Sequence record: DRR378314_419
Length of the DNA stretch: 64,000 nt
Direction: 5' to 3' (one strand)
Positions within the stretch are counted from its first letter, which is position 1; every line of letters begins with the position of its first letter. Positions 27,564 through 37,831 of the stretch are shown piece by piece. Below the pieces are notes generated by a model that did no database searches, was not told the DNA's origin, and saw only the letters and a list, made by a program, of their open reading frames with translations. The position numbers were made by a program, and so were the translations under genes.

Positions 27564-29525
27564 TTAGAGCCTTAGTCCAAGTTCAGATTTGATTTTGTTG
27601 ATATAGCGAAGGGATTGCGTCGCCAGCTCAAGTGAGTTCTGACGAACTGTCTTGGTGCCGCTTTGAGCAGGCTCAGCCTCGATGTGGGTATCCAGTTCCT
27701 TAATCTTTTCATTAATAAATTTACCCATGAAGATCAATGTCCCACTGGATACTTCCACGCCGTCTTCTGGTGCATCCACAAAGACGTCAGCGCCATAGGT
27801 TTTGTGGAGGCTGATGGTTATATAAGAGGCAATCGCCCACACGTGTGAATAGCGACGGGAAAAGTTTCTGGTTTGGCTAAGGACGAGATCTCGAACTTTT
27901 TCCGCTTCTGGATCTGTTTTTTGGAGCTTTCTGGCTGCCTCTATTTTTTGGGTTGCAGCGGTTAGAAGGTCTTTGTAGATCCGCATAGTAACAAACGCGT
28001 TTCTAGAGAGAGAAAGATAGTCTCGTGCGGTTTTTTTACTAAACATCTGAACAGATCCCTCTTCTCTGTCGCCACTGTTCAATTCCGCATAGAGAATGTT
28101 TTCATAAACAGATTCCCGCATATCCTGGGATAGGTCATAGGGTTCCAGATCAGAAAGGACAGGCAGCAGCTCTGTGTGCTCGATACCTGACAGGTCACAA
28201 CCAAACACAACAAGGGCCTCGCAGGCACGGCTTTGCCCGGTTAAGGCATCATGAGCGAAATATCCGCCAAAGCGCAGGGCTTCCCATGGGTGCTGACCGG
28301 TTAGGAAATATAGAACCTTGGCGAGACGGCCTGCATAGGGGACGTCTTGAACGATCGAGGCGGCTGGGACACCATCACTAAGATAAACGGCCTGTCCTTT
28401 TTCCGTTTCTGTGTCGACCAGGTTGATTGTTTTCGACAGCGGTTGATTATCTGAACTCAGCTCTTCAAATTCGATCCGCGGATCCGTTTTAAAAAAGTTC
28501 TCCGGGGTAAGTCCTTTTTCGATTTTCATATAATCAGAAATGGACCGGGGAAGCTCTTTGGGGCCGGGTCGTTGTCGGTTCATGCTCTGAAACACTGCTG
28601 GATCTACAACCTGCTCATGTGCATTTTGGACCAGCTCACCCTTGACATAGGTGAAGCTGGGACGACCGACCTCTGCGCCCATATAACCGTCACGACCGTC
28701 CTTCAGTTTATATTTCACGACGATTGATGAATGCGGGGACTGGACATGGACGGCGGATATAGCCTGTTTTTCCATGTCGACTTTAAACTGACCTGAAATA
28801 CCTGGTAATATACCGTCCAGATAGGTTTTCAGGGATTTTTGGATTGCCTCTTTGTCGGTCAACTCTGCCCAAGCAAGCGCCTGACCTGTTGTTTCACTTC
28901 TAAGAAAATTAAGTGCGCTAAAGGGAATAGGGGCACCGCGACCAACATAATATTGGACCACTGAAGCTAATTCACCTTCACCTTCATCAATTTTATCGGC
29001 GATGGACTCTGTGAATTGAAGGTTTCTCTCGACTTCTGCTTTCGAACTGGCATACAGGACGTTCCGGATCATGCCACCAACCAGGGCAACCGGATCTGAA
29101 TATTGCGCCGGCCAGGTAATATGTGTTGGAGCGGTTTTTTCTTGTCCGGCGACATTTACAATTGGCGCCCGGATGTTACCATCAGTCGACGGGGGCTGAT
29201 CGTGAATATCCCGAATATCGTCAATCGACCAATTATGCTGCTGCGTAATTTGTGAGCTGGTTCTGCTATCTAGTTCCACAGAAATCTGTAACCGTTTGCA
29301 GGTTTGTTCATACCAGGCTTGAAATTCCTTTGGCTTCATATAGCAGCCGAGTGTGTCTTTCCCTGACTTTCGAAATTTCTCTGCCGTCATGTCATAGTCA
29401 GGGATACTGGTAAAGCGATATCCCCTCCGCTGGACAGTGAGAACTCTTGGCATGGCTGAAGTAGTTGCAAGAGTTCTTTGCAGTTGAGCAAAGACCTTTC
29501 TTGCGGATTTAAATAGTCCTGACAT
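27564..29525 (-). CDS. Hypothetical protein (orphan, 653 aa) with a basic, acid-free N-terminal leader
   Basis: Long open frame with AAGGG upstream of the ATG; no confidently recognised domain. Confidence 0.82.
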   Translation of the reverse strand: MSGLFKSARKVFAQLQRTLATTSAMPRVLTVQRRGYRFTSIPDYDMTAEKFRKSGKDTLGCYMKPKEFQAWYEQTCKRLQISVELDSRTSSQITQQHNWSIDDIRDIHDQPPSTDGNIRAPIVNVAGQEKTAPTHITWPAQYSDPVALVGGMIRNVLYASSKAEVERNLQFTESIADKIDEGEGELASVVQYYVGRGAPIPFSALNFLRSETTGQALAWAELTDKEAIQKSLKTYLDGILPGISGQFKVDMEKQAISAVHVQSPHSSIVVKYKLKDGRDGYMGAEVGRPSFTYVKGELVQNAHEQVVDPAVFQSMNRQRPGPKELPRSISDYMKIEKGLTPENFFKTDPRIEFEELSSDNQPLSKTINLVDTETEKGQAVYLSDGVPAASIVQDVPYAGRLAKVLYFLTGQHPWEALRFGGYFAHDALTGQSRACEALVVFGCDLSGIEHTELLPVLSDLEPYDLSQDMRESVYENILYAELNSGDREEGSVQMFSKKTARDYLSLSRNAFVTMRIYKDLLTAATQKIEAARKLQKTDPEAEKVRDLVLSQTRNFSRRYSHVWAIASYITISLHKTYGADVFVDAPEDGVEVSSGTLIFMGKFINEKIKELDTHIEAEPAQSGTKTVRQNSLELATQSLRYINKIKSELGLRL

Positions 29526-29593
29526 AACAAACCCTTTTTAAAAAACTGATTGGGGAGTGATGTCAGAGACTTATTGCAGCACCTTTTGTGAAT

Positions 29594-30526
29594 TTAGGAG
29601 CGGGTTACAATGAGTTTTCGGCTTGCTTCAGTGGCGAAATAAGCTTCGGCATGTTCAACAAATGCTTTGACCGAATTTCGTTTAATGGCCTGTTGGGTGT
29701 AGGCGACAACCAGGCGGGATTTACGGAGGTTTTCCGTAATCGGTTTGCAAATCACTTCGGTTCCGGACTGGGTAAAATTTAAGGGCGGACAGGTTTGCAG
29801 GATTGATATCCCAATTCCGGCACCAACCATGCTCCTGATCATCTCATAATTGCTCGATTTATAGGTGAAATGGGGGTGAAATCCAGTTGTTTCAAAAAGC
29901 GAGGTGTAATATTGGCGGGAACTTGGCAGATCCAATAAAATCAGATCCTGATCAATGAGCGCTGACATGGGGATAGAGGACATCTCGGCAAAGGGATGAT
30001 CCTTGGGAATGACAACGTGTGGCGGCACGACGGCCAGAGTTTTTGTTTTCAATCCGGCGCTGATATCTGCCTCATCATAGGAAATACCCACATCTACTTC
30101 ACCACGATGAATGCAATCAAAGATATGCCGGACATTCCCTTCAATTATATTAGCTTGAATAGCGTTATGTCTGGTCACCATCTGCTTGAGGATTGGCACC
30201 AGGATAATGGGGGCCAGGGGGGTAAAACAGCCGATATGAAGATCACCAGACACATGTTCCTGTAACCCCCGCATGTCTCTCTCAAATCCATTTACCTGAT
30301 CCAGGATACTTTGAAGTCGCGTCAGAACTTCCTGCCCTTTTACAGTTAGGGAAATTCCCTTGGACCGGGTTCGGTTGAGGAGCGACAGCCCGAGTTCTTT
30401 CTCCAGGTTATCAACCGCCAAACTAATTGCGGATTGGGAGATGTTCATTTCCTGGGCGGCTTTAGAGAGACTCTTATGGTGAGCAGCCGCCACAAAATAG
30501 CGCATTACCTTCAAAGAAACATTCAT
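29594..30526 (-). CDS. LysR-family transcriptional regulator
   Basis: HTH SLSKAAQEMNISQSAISLAVDNLEKELG; substrate-binding domain; divergent from the dpp operon. Confidence 0.93.
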   Translation of the reverse strand: MNVSLKVMRYFVAAAHHKSLSKAAQEMNISQSAISLAVDNLEKELGLSLLNRTRSKGISLTVKGQEVLTRLQSILDQVNGFERDMRGLQEHVSGDLHIGCFTPLAPIILVPILKQMVTRHNAIQANIIEGNVRHIFDCIHRGEVDVGISYDEADISAGLKTKTLAVVPPHVVIPKDHPFAEMSSIPMSALIDQDLILLDLPSSRQYYTSLFETTGFHPHFTYKSSNYEMIRSMVGAGIGISILQTCPPLNFTQSGTEVICKPITENLRKSRLVVAYTQQAIKRNSVKAFVEHAEAYFATEASRKLIVTRS

Positions 30527-30539
30527 CAGAAAAACTCAT
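30525..30539. promoter_or_regulatory. Putative LysR T-N11-A recognition site
   Basis: ATCAG-AAAAA-CTCAT near-dyad overlapping the lysR start codon. Confidence 0.55.
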
Positions 30540-30712
30540 AAATTAAATTTGAAAACCGTATTTTACTAATGAAGTGAGATTTTTCAAAATAAATCTGCAG
30601 ACGAAAAAAGAGAATGACATTTAGGTCAGTCCAAAAATCATCTGCCTTTGGGGGTATGGGAGGTTCCAAAAAGGAGCAGCCTCCAGACTATGTCAAAACT
30701 TGAGGAGGTACT

Positions 30713-32302
30713 ATGCTGAGTTTTTCAAAAAAACTGGCTGCTGCGGGTGTTATTGCTGGGGCAATGTTGACGCACCAGGCCACAACCGTGCAGGCGGAAA
30801 ATGTCTTAAAATATACCAATGTTGGGGATGCGGCGACGTTGGATCCCCATGCCCTGAATACACTTGTCACTCTGATGGCAGGGATCCAGATGCATGACGC
30901 GCTGGTCATGCGAAACCCAGCCATGGAAAAAATTCCGGGGCTGGCCGAAAGCTGGGAGATCATTGACGAGAACACCTGGCAGTTCAGCTTGCGCAAAGGG
31001 GTTCGTTTTCATAATGGAAATTCTTTCAACGCAGATGATGTGATTTTCTCAATCAGGCGTGCTCAGTCTGAAACCAGTCAGATGAACGGGTATGTGAATA
31101 CGATTTCAGATTTGAAGAAAATTGATGACCACACGGTTCAATTGATCACGGATAAGCCAAATCCGATTTTGCTGGATCAGTTGGTCAATATTTTCATGAT
31201 GGACAAAGAATGGTCTGAAGAGCATCAGGTCACCGAGCCGCAGAATTTCAAGGAAAGTCAGGAAACCTATGCCGTTCGCCATACGAACGGAACGGGCGCC
31301 TTCCGTCTTGAAAGTCGGGAACCTGATGTCAAAACCGTCCTGGTGAAAAATGACGATTGGTGGGGGAACTCCCAGTATCCGCACAATATTGATAAAGTGG
31401 TGTGGACACCCATTTCCAATGATGCGACGCGGGTTGCCGCCCTCTTGTCAGGTGAGGTGGATTTACTGACCGATCCGCCGCTGCAAGATCTGAAAAGAAT
31501 AAAGGCAGATGATAAGCTGAAAGTGTCGGAAACAGCTCAGATCCGCACTATATTCTTCGGTCTTGATGTCAAATCCGAAGAATTAAGAAATTCCAGTGTG
31601 AAAGGCAAAAATCCGTTCAAGGACGTTAAAGTGCGTCAGGCTTTCTATCATGCCATCAACATCGATGCCATCAAGAGAGCGGTCATGCGGGATTTGGCAA
31701 TACCAGCAGGTATGGTCATTGAGCCGCCAATTAATGGATATAAAGCTGAATGGGATCAAAACCGGTTACCTTTCGATCCCAATAAAGCAAAATCTCTGCT
31801 AAATGACGCGGGATATCCCGAAGGCTTCTCTGTTCAACTGGATTGTCCAAACAACCGATATCAGAATGATGAGGCCATCTGTCAGGCTGCGGTTGGTATG
31901 CTGGCGAAAGTCGGGATCAACGTCAAGCTGAACGCTCAGCCAAAAACACAGCATTTCCCGCTAATTACCGGTAAAGGAACAGATTTTTACATGCTCGGCT
32001 GGGGTATTCCGACAATGGATTCAGGGTTTATCTTTGATTACCTGTTTCATTCGACTGGATCCTGGAATGCATCCGGGTATGGAACGCCAGAATTAGATGG
32101 GAAAATTGAAGCGATCCGCGGGATCGTTAATCCAAAGGAGCGTAACGCTGTCATCGAACAGATCTGGACACAGATCCAACAGGATATGCCTTACCTTCCG
32201 TTGCATCATCAGATGATTTCCTGGGCAATGAACAATTCGGTTTCTATTCCGATTGAGCCAAACAACATGCCGCGTTTTTACTGGGCAAAAATGGCGAATT
32301 AA
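30713..32302 (+). CDS. Dipeptide/oligopeptide-type ABC substrate-binding protein (family 5)
   Basis: Signal peptide, TLDPH, PGLAESWE...LRKGVRFHNG, NGTGAFRL, DVKVRQAFYHAIN. Confidence 0.92.
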   Translation: MLSFSKKLAAAGVIAGAMLTHQATTVQAENVLKYTNVGDAATLDPHALNTLVTLMAGIQMHDALVMRNPAMEKIPGLAESWEIIDENTWQFSLRKGVRFHNGNSFNADDVIFSIRRAQSETSQMNGYVNTISDLKKIDDHTVQLITDKPNPILLDQLVNIFMMDKEWSEEHQVTEPQNFKESQETYAVRHTNGTGAFRLESREPDVKTVLVKNDDWWGNSQYPHNIDKVVWTPISNDATRVAALLSGEVDLLTDPPLQDLKRIKADDKLKVSETAQIRTIFFGLDVKSEELRNSSVKGKNPFKDVKVRQAFYHAINIDAIKRAVMRDLAIPAGMVIEPPINGYKAEWDQNRLPFDPNKAKSLLNDAGYPEGFSVQLDCPNNRYQNDEAICQAAVGMLAKVGINVKLNAQPKTQHFPLITGKGTDFYMLGWGIPTMDSGFIFDYLFHSTGSWNASGYGTPELDGKIEAIRGIVNPKERNAVIEQIWTQIQQDMPYLPLHHQMISWAMNNSVSIPIEPNNMPRFYWAKMAN

Positions 32303-32368
32303 CTGCATTAACCTGTCGAGTTGCTGGTGCGGTCGCGCCAGCAACAACCCCTGGGGGAGGAAACACAG

Positions 32369-33346
32369 ATGTTGAATTTCATTGTAAGCCGATTGTTGCA
32401 ATCTTCTATTGTTATGCTGGTTGTCGCCTTAATCAGCTTCTATCTGTTTAATTTTATTGGCGATCCGATCAGTAATATGGTGGGGCAGGAAACCACTGTT
32501 AAGGATATGGAGGCGCTACGGGACCGATTGGGACTAAATGATCCCTTTCTTGTTCAATTTGGTCGTTTCATTGCTGATGCTGTTCAAGGTGATTTTGGGA
32601 TCTCCTATCGATTGCAACGGCCAGTTGAGGAAATTGTCGCTGAGCGGATGCCTGCAACGTTGGAACTGGTTTTTGTTTCAGCCGTCATCGCCATTTTGTT
32701 AGGGATTGCCGGTGGCCTTTATACCGGGCTGAAAAAGAAGCACTGGTTCAGCAAGACCATTTTAACAGGCTCTTTGGTTGGTGTGTCGTTACCAACATTT
32801 GTGATCGGTATTCTTCTTATTTATCTCTTTTCCGTGAAGTTTAATCTTCTGCCGTCCTTCGGGCGGGGAGACGTTGTAAAACTGGATGGGGGTTGGTCAA
32901 CGGGGCTTCTGACGGTTAGTGGCTGGAAAGCGATCCTTTTGCCGTCGATTACCCTGGCCCTTTATCAAACCACGTTAATCTTAAGGATTATTCGATCCGA
33001 AATGCTGGAAGTGATGCGAACGGATTTCATCAAGTTTGCACGTGCCAGAGGCCTAAAGCAACGAGATATCAATTACGGACATGCGCTTAAAAACACCTTG
33101 ATCCCAGTTATCACGGTGGCCGGTTTGCAGATTGGATCCTTGGTTGCGTTTTCCATCATTACCGAAACGGTTTTCCAATGGCCCGGAATGGGAAGCCTGT
33201 TTATTCAAGCGGTCCAATTTGCCGATGTGCCTGTGATGTCGGCATATCTGGTCATGGTCGCCTTCTTTTTTGTCATGATCAATCTAGTTGTCGATCTACT
33301 TTATTTTGTCGTGGATCCACGGCTCCGTGCAGAAGTGAGTGCTTGA
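32369..33346 (+). CDS. ABC permease, DppB/OppB-like
   Basis: GDFGISY, RMPATLEL, FARARGL, ETVFQWPGMG. Confidence 0.92.
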   Translation: MLNFIVSRLLQSSIVMLVVALISFYLFNFIGDPISNMVGQETTVKDMEALRDRLGLNDPFLVQFGRFIADAVQGDFGISYRLQRPVEEIVAERMPATLELVFVSAVIAILLGIAGGLYTGLKKKHWFSKTILTGSLVGVSLPTFVIGILLIYLFSVKFNLLPSFGRGDVVKLDGGWSTGLLTVSGWKAILLPSITLALYQTTLILRIIRSEMLEVMRTDFIKFARARGLKQRDINYGHALKNTLIPVITVAGLQIGSLVAFSIITETVFQWPGMGSLFIQAVQFADVPVMSAYLVMVAFFFVMINLVVDLLYFVVDPRLRAEVSA

Positions 33347-33348
33347 AA

Positions 33349-34278
33349 ATGCAAATCACAACCTTATCAAATCAGTGGAACCGGGTCCTTGATCACGATG
33401 TTACCTACAGCTTTCTGCATTCACCAATAACGGTGATCGCGACTTTTGTAACCATAAGTCTGTTTGCGGTTGCGTTCGGCGCGCCTTTCCTGACGTCCTA
33501 TACGCCTTTTGATCCCGGTAGTCTGGAGTTGATGGACGCGTTTTTTCCGCCCGCTTGGGAAGAGGGGGGAAGTGCTGCCCATGTATTTGGAACTGATGGT
33601 CAGGGGCGCGATATTCTGGCTGCCATCATGTATGGAACGCAGATTTCACTCATTGTTGGATTGTTAAGTGTGTTGATGTCCGTGGCGATCGGTATTCCGC
33701 TTGGAATTATTGCCGGGTATGCTGGGGGCTGGGCCGATGCAATGATTATGCGTCTTGCCGATATCCAACTGACCATTCCACCGATCTTGATTGCGCTAAT
33801 GGTCGATGGCATTGCGCGAACGTCTTTAAGCAGTGAGCTGCATGATGAAGTTGCAATACCGGTCCTTATTTTTTCAATCGGTATTGCCAGTTGGCCTCAA
33901 TATGCGCGCATCACGAGAAGCGGGGCCATGGTCGAACGGCGAAAAGATTATATTGCTGCAGCAAAATTAATCCAAACGCCAGCACCGCTTATTTTGCTGC
34001 GTCACATTTTTCCAAATGTGGTGGGACCCACCTTGATTGTGGCAACGATTGGGGTGGCGGTTGCCATTATTATTGAAGCCACTCTTTCTTTTCTCGGGGT
34101 TGGCGTTCCGCCGACTAACCCTTCCTTAGGAACATTGATCCGCATCGGAAATAACTTCCTGTTTTCCGGCGAATGGTGGATCACCTTTTTCCCGGCGGCC
34201 ACACTCGTCATCTTGGTCCTCTCTGTCAACCTGATCGGGGATTGGCTCCGGGATACCTTTAACCCGAAACTCAGATAG
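33349..34278 (+). CDS. ABC permease, DppC/OppC-like
   Basis: FGTDGQGRDIL, EATLSFLGVG, NLIGDWLRD. Confidence 0.92.
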   Translation: MQITTLSNQWNRVLDHDVTYSFLHSPITVIATFVTISLFAVAFGAPFLTSYTPFDPGSLELMDAFFPPAWEEGGSAAHVFGTDGQGRDILAAIMYGTQISLIVGLLSVLMSVAIGIPLGIIAGYAGGWADAMIMRLADIQLTIPPILIALMVDGIARTSLSSELHDEVAIPVLIFSIGIASWPQYARITRSGAMVERRKDYIAAAKLIQTPAPLILLRHIFPNVVGPTLIVATIGVAVAIIIEATLSFLGVGVPPTNPSLGTLIRIGNNFLFSGEWWITFFPAATLVILVLSVNLIGDWLRDTFNPKLR

Positions 34279-34292
34279 CGAAGGAAACAGCT

Positions 34293-35273
34293 ATGTCCGT
34301 TATCGAAGTCTCTAACCTTAGCATTGAGTTTCCAATCAGAAGGGGAACGTTAAGTGCAATTGAGAATCTATCGCTGCATATCGATGCAGGGGAAATTCTG
34401 GGTGTTGTGGGGGAATCTGGTGCGGGAAAATCCCTGACCGGAAGTGCCATCATTGGATTGTTGGAGCCACCGGGCCGGATCTCCGGGGGGCAGATCCTGT
34501 TGAAGGGCAGGGATATCACGAACCTGCCTGAAGCGGAAATGCGAAAGGTTCGGGGTGCGGAAATCGGAATGATTTTCCAGGATCCGCTGACAAGCCTGAA
34601 TCCGCTATATACGATTGGCAGGCAGCTCACCCAAACCATTTTGACCCATCAGAAAATATCTCCGTCGGAAGCCAGAAAACGCGCGATTGATCTGCTGGCG
34701 GAGGTTGGAATTCCAGCTCCGGATCTGAGGTTTGATGCATATCCACACGAATTCTCAGGTGGTATGCGGCAACGGGTGGTGATCGCCCTAGCGCTGTGTT
34801 GTAACCCAAGCTTGATTATCGCCGATGAGCCGACAACAGCGCTGGATGTCTCCGTTCAGGCACAGATCATCGCCCTGCTTCGAAACCTGGCTCGAGATAA
34901 AGGCGTGGCCACCATGCTGGTAACCCATGACATGGGGGTCATTGCCGAAGCCGCTGATCGGGTCGCTGTGATTTATTCAGGGCGCGTTGCCGAAGTCGGT
35001 GAAGTCAGAAGTGTGATTGATATGCCTAAGCATCCCTATACACGGGGTTTAATGGATTCAATTCCCAAGATTGGCCAGGACCTGCAATATTTGCCAAACA
35101 TAGAAGGGGCGATGCCCCGTTTGGATGGCAGGCCATCGGGATGTGCCTTCAATCCGCGCTGCAAAGACGTTAAAACCCCCTGTGTGGTCGATAAGCCTCC
35201 TCTGGTTCAAGCCGGAAATAAAGAGCAGATGGCGGCCTGCTGGAAATACGAAGGGGGATGGAGCCATGTCTGA
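34293..35273 (+). CDS. ABC ATPase, DppD/OppD-like
   Basis: GESGAGKS, FSGGMRQR, ADEPTTALDV, C-terminal GCAFNPRC. Confidence 0.93.
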   Translation: MSVIEVSNLSIEFPIRRGTLSAIENLSLHIDAGEILGVVGESGAGKSLTGSAIIGLLEPPGRISGGQILLKGRDITNLPEAEMRKVRGAEIGMIFQDPLTSLNPLYTIGRQLTQTILTHQKISPSEARKRAIDLLAEVGIPAPDLRFDAYPHEFSGGMRQRVVIALALCCNPSLIIADEPTTALDVSVQAQIIALLRNLARDKGVATMLVTHDMGVIAEAADRVAVIYSGRVAEVGEVRSVIDMPKHPYTRGLMDSIPKIGQDLQYLPNIEGAMPRLDGRPSGCAFNPRCKDVKTPCVVDKPPLVQAGNKEQMAACWKYEGGWSHV

Positions 35274-36261
35274 ACAAGCTTTATTGGAGGTCCGGGACCT
35301 TCGAATGCATTTTGATGTCTCCAAGCCATTGGTCACCCGTATAGTCAATCGTTTGCCCCGCCGGGTATTGAAAGCCGTGGATGGATTGACATTTTCAATT
35401 CGCAAAGGAGAAACTTTTTCACTGGTCGGCGAGTCCGGTTGCGGAAAATCGACGGTGGCACGAACTGTTGCGGGCTTAAATGCTGCAACAGGGGGTGACA
35501 TTCTGATCGAAGGCAAAAACCTGACAGCCTTGAAGAAGAAATCAAGCCTGTCGGATGTGGCAAGGCGAATGCAGATGGTGTTTCAATCTCCCTATGCTAG
35601 CTTGGATCCGCGGTGGCGTGTGCGTGATATTATTGCAGAACCAATCCGGGCCTATAAACTTGCAGATAACCGAGCGGTAGAACGGAAACAGGTTGCAGAC
35701 CTTCTGGTGCAGGTTGGTCTGGCCCCAGCGGATGGTGAAAAATTTCCGCATGAATTTTCAGGTGGTCAGCGACAACGGATTTCCATCGCAAGGGCACTTT
35801 CCAGTAAGCCGCAATTTTTGATCTGTGATGAGCCGACATCTGCATTGGATGTTTCCGTGCAGGCGCAGATCCTCAATCTGATGGGAAAGCTTCAGGATGA
35901 TTTGGGGCTGACCTACTTGTTCATCAGTCATGATCTTTCTGTCATTGATCATGTTTCCGACTGGATCGGGGTGATGTATCTAGGGCGTCTTTGTGAGATT
36001 ACGCCTAAATCTGAACTGTTTCGGCATCCGCGCCATCCCTATACCCGAATGTTGCTGGAAACAATTCCAGATTTGCAAGGCCGGACGGAGCGTAAACCTA
36101 TGGGGGGGGAAGTCCCTAATCCCATTTCTCCGCCCAGCGGATGTACGTTTCATCCGCGTTGCCCGCTGGCGACATCAAGATGCAAGGCCGAACAACCTCA
36201 GTTGCGCCTTGATGGACACACCAGAGTTGCTTGTCATGCAGTAGAAGAGATGCGCATATGA
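35266..36261 (+). CDS. ABC ATPase, DppF/OppF-like
   Basis: GESGCGKS, FSGGQRQR, CDEPTSALDV, GCTFHPRC. Confidence 0.93.
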   Translation: MSEQALLEVRDLRMHFDVSKPLVTRIVNRLPRRVLKAVDGLTFSIRKGETFSLVGESGCGKSTVARTVAGLNAATGGDILIEGKNLTALKKKSSLSDVARRMQMVFQSPYASLDPRWRVRDIIAEPIRAYKLADNRAVERKQVADLLVQVGLAPADGEKFPHEFSGGQRQRISIARALSSKPQFLICDEPTSALDVSVQAQILNLMGKLQDDLGLTYLFISHDLSVIDHVSDWIGVMYLGRLCEITPKSELFRHPRHPYTRMLLETIPDLQGRTERKPMGGEVPNPISPPSGCTFHPRCPLATSRCKAEQPQLRLDGHTRVACHAVEEMRI

Positions 36262-37769
36262 AAAAAATCGCAGTGGCCGGATTTCAACATGAAACCAACA
36301 CGTTTGCGAAGAAAAAAGCTGATTTCAAGGCTTTTGAGATGACCAAAGACTGGCCGGGGCTTTCGGTCGGTGACGATCTGCAAATGGCTGTTGCCGGCTT
36401 TAATTTACCAATTGCGGGGGCCATCGAAAGCTTGCAGGAACAGCAGTTTGAGCTTGCGCCTTTATGTTGGGCTTTTGCTGTCCCCTGCGGCTTCGTAACC
36501 CGGGATGCCTATGAGCGGATTTCCAAAATCATGCTTCAGGAACTTGCTAAACATGAAGATCTGGATGGGATCTATCTGGATCTGCACGGTGCGATGGTTT
36601 CGGAACATTTTGAAGATGCGGAAGGTGAATTGCTTCGGCGAATACGGATGCAGGTCGGATCGGAAATCCCGATTGTCGCGAGCCTTGATTATCACGCGAA
36701 TATTACAGAACAAATGATGGAATATGCCGATTACCTCGACGTATTTCGGAATTACCCTCACACCGACATGTCGGAGACAGGTCGGCGTGCGGCTGCCGTG
36801 CTTGGGGACATGGTACTTTGCGGCAGCCGCTTTTTAAAAAAGATGGTCAAATCTGATTTCTTGATCCCGCTAACGCTGGGTTGCACAACCGAAGAGCCGT
36901 GTCAGCGGTTGCTGGTTACAGAACTTGCCGCGCTCCGTGGCGATCTGTCAAAAGGCAGTCATATTTCCTTTGCGGCCGGATTTGCCCTTGCGGATATTGA
37001 AGAAGCGGGACCGGCAATCATTGCTTACGGACACCAGTCGTCTGAACTTGAACAGGCGGTACAGAGTTTCAAGCAACTTCTGGATCAGTCTGAAACTGTA
37101 TTTCAGGAGCCGGGCATTGTAGCCGTCGAGGCAGTTCAACTTGCCATGATGGTTAGCGAAAAATCGACCAAACCTGTTGTTCTTGCTGATGCCCAGGATA
37201 ATCCGGGCGCCGGCGGAACGGGTGATACGACGGGATTACTTCGCGCGTTGTTTGATTGTGGCGCTAAAAATTCGGTTATCGGGTTTATTGCGGATGCCAA
37301 CGCTGTGGCGGCTGCGGTCGCAGAAGGGGTGGGGGCTCTTATCAACCTGGAAATTGGTGGCCAGGAATTTGAAGGTGACTACCCGTTCAAAGGGGACTTT
37401 ACGGTTCTGGCGATAGAGAACGGAGAGGTTGTTGGCACAGGGCCAATGTGGCGGGGGGCCCAAATGCAACTGGGTCCCTGTGTGCTGCTGGAAAGCAAGG
37501 GAATTAAAGTCGCGTTGAGCAGCAAGACAGTTCAAACCGGAGATCAATCCATGTTTCGGCATTTGGGTGTAGATCTGGCCACCCAATCCATTGTTGCCGT
37601 GAAAAGTTCGGTTCATTTCCGGGCAGATTTCCAACCGATTGCAGCGAAAATAATCATTGCCCTCGCACCTGGGCCGGTTGTTGCCGATCCTATGACGCTG
37701 GTCTATCAGAAATTAAGAGCTGATGTGCGAATAGGACCCGGGTTAGGGACCCGTCTTCAGGCAAGTTGA
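36258..37769 (+). CDS. M81 family metallopeptidase (MlrC-like)
   Basis: AGFQHETNTF, LDLHGAMV, LDYHAN, YPHTDM, DAQDNPGAGGTGD, VKSSVHFRADF. Confidence 0.9.
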   Translation: MKKIAVAGFQHETNTFAKKKADFKAFEMTKDWPGLSVGDDLQMAVAGFNLPIAGAIESLQEQQFELAPLCWAFAVPCGFVTRDAYERISKIMLQELAKHEDLDGIYLDLHGAMVSEHFEDAEGELLRRIRMQVGSEIPIVASLDYHANITEQMMEYADYLDVFRNYPHTDMSETGRRAAAVLGDMVLCGSRFLKKMVKSDFLIPLTLGCTTEEPCQRLLVTELAALRGDLSKGSHISFAAGFALADIEEAGPAIIAYGHQSSELEQAVQSFKQLLDQSETVFQEPGIVAVEAVQLAMMVSEKSTKPVVLADAQDNPGAGGTGDTTGLLRALFDCGAKNSVIGFIADANAVAAAVAEGVGALINLEIGGQEFEGDYPFKGDFTVLAIENGEVVGTGPMWRGAQMQLGPCVLLESKGIKVALSSKTVQTGDQSMFRHLGVDLATQSIVAVKSSVHFRADFQPIAAKIIIALAPGPVVADPMTLVYQKLRADVRIGPGLGTRLQAS

Positions 37770-37831
37770 CAGATGGTGCAGGTCAAAAAAAGCCAAACGA
37801 AATCAGTGGATATAACGCGGGAGAGAGGATC

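Noticed and set aside
29410-29435. Tat signal in the 653-aa orphan (QRRGYRF)
   Set aside because: No hydrophobic h-region follows the twin arginines.
36258-37769. Microcystin degradation cluster
   Set aside because: Only an M81 family member is present; mlrA, mlrB and mlrD are absent from the window.
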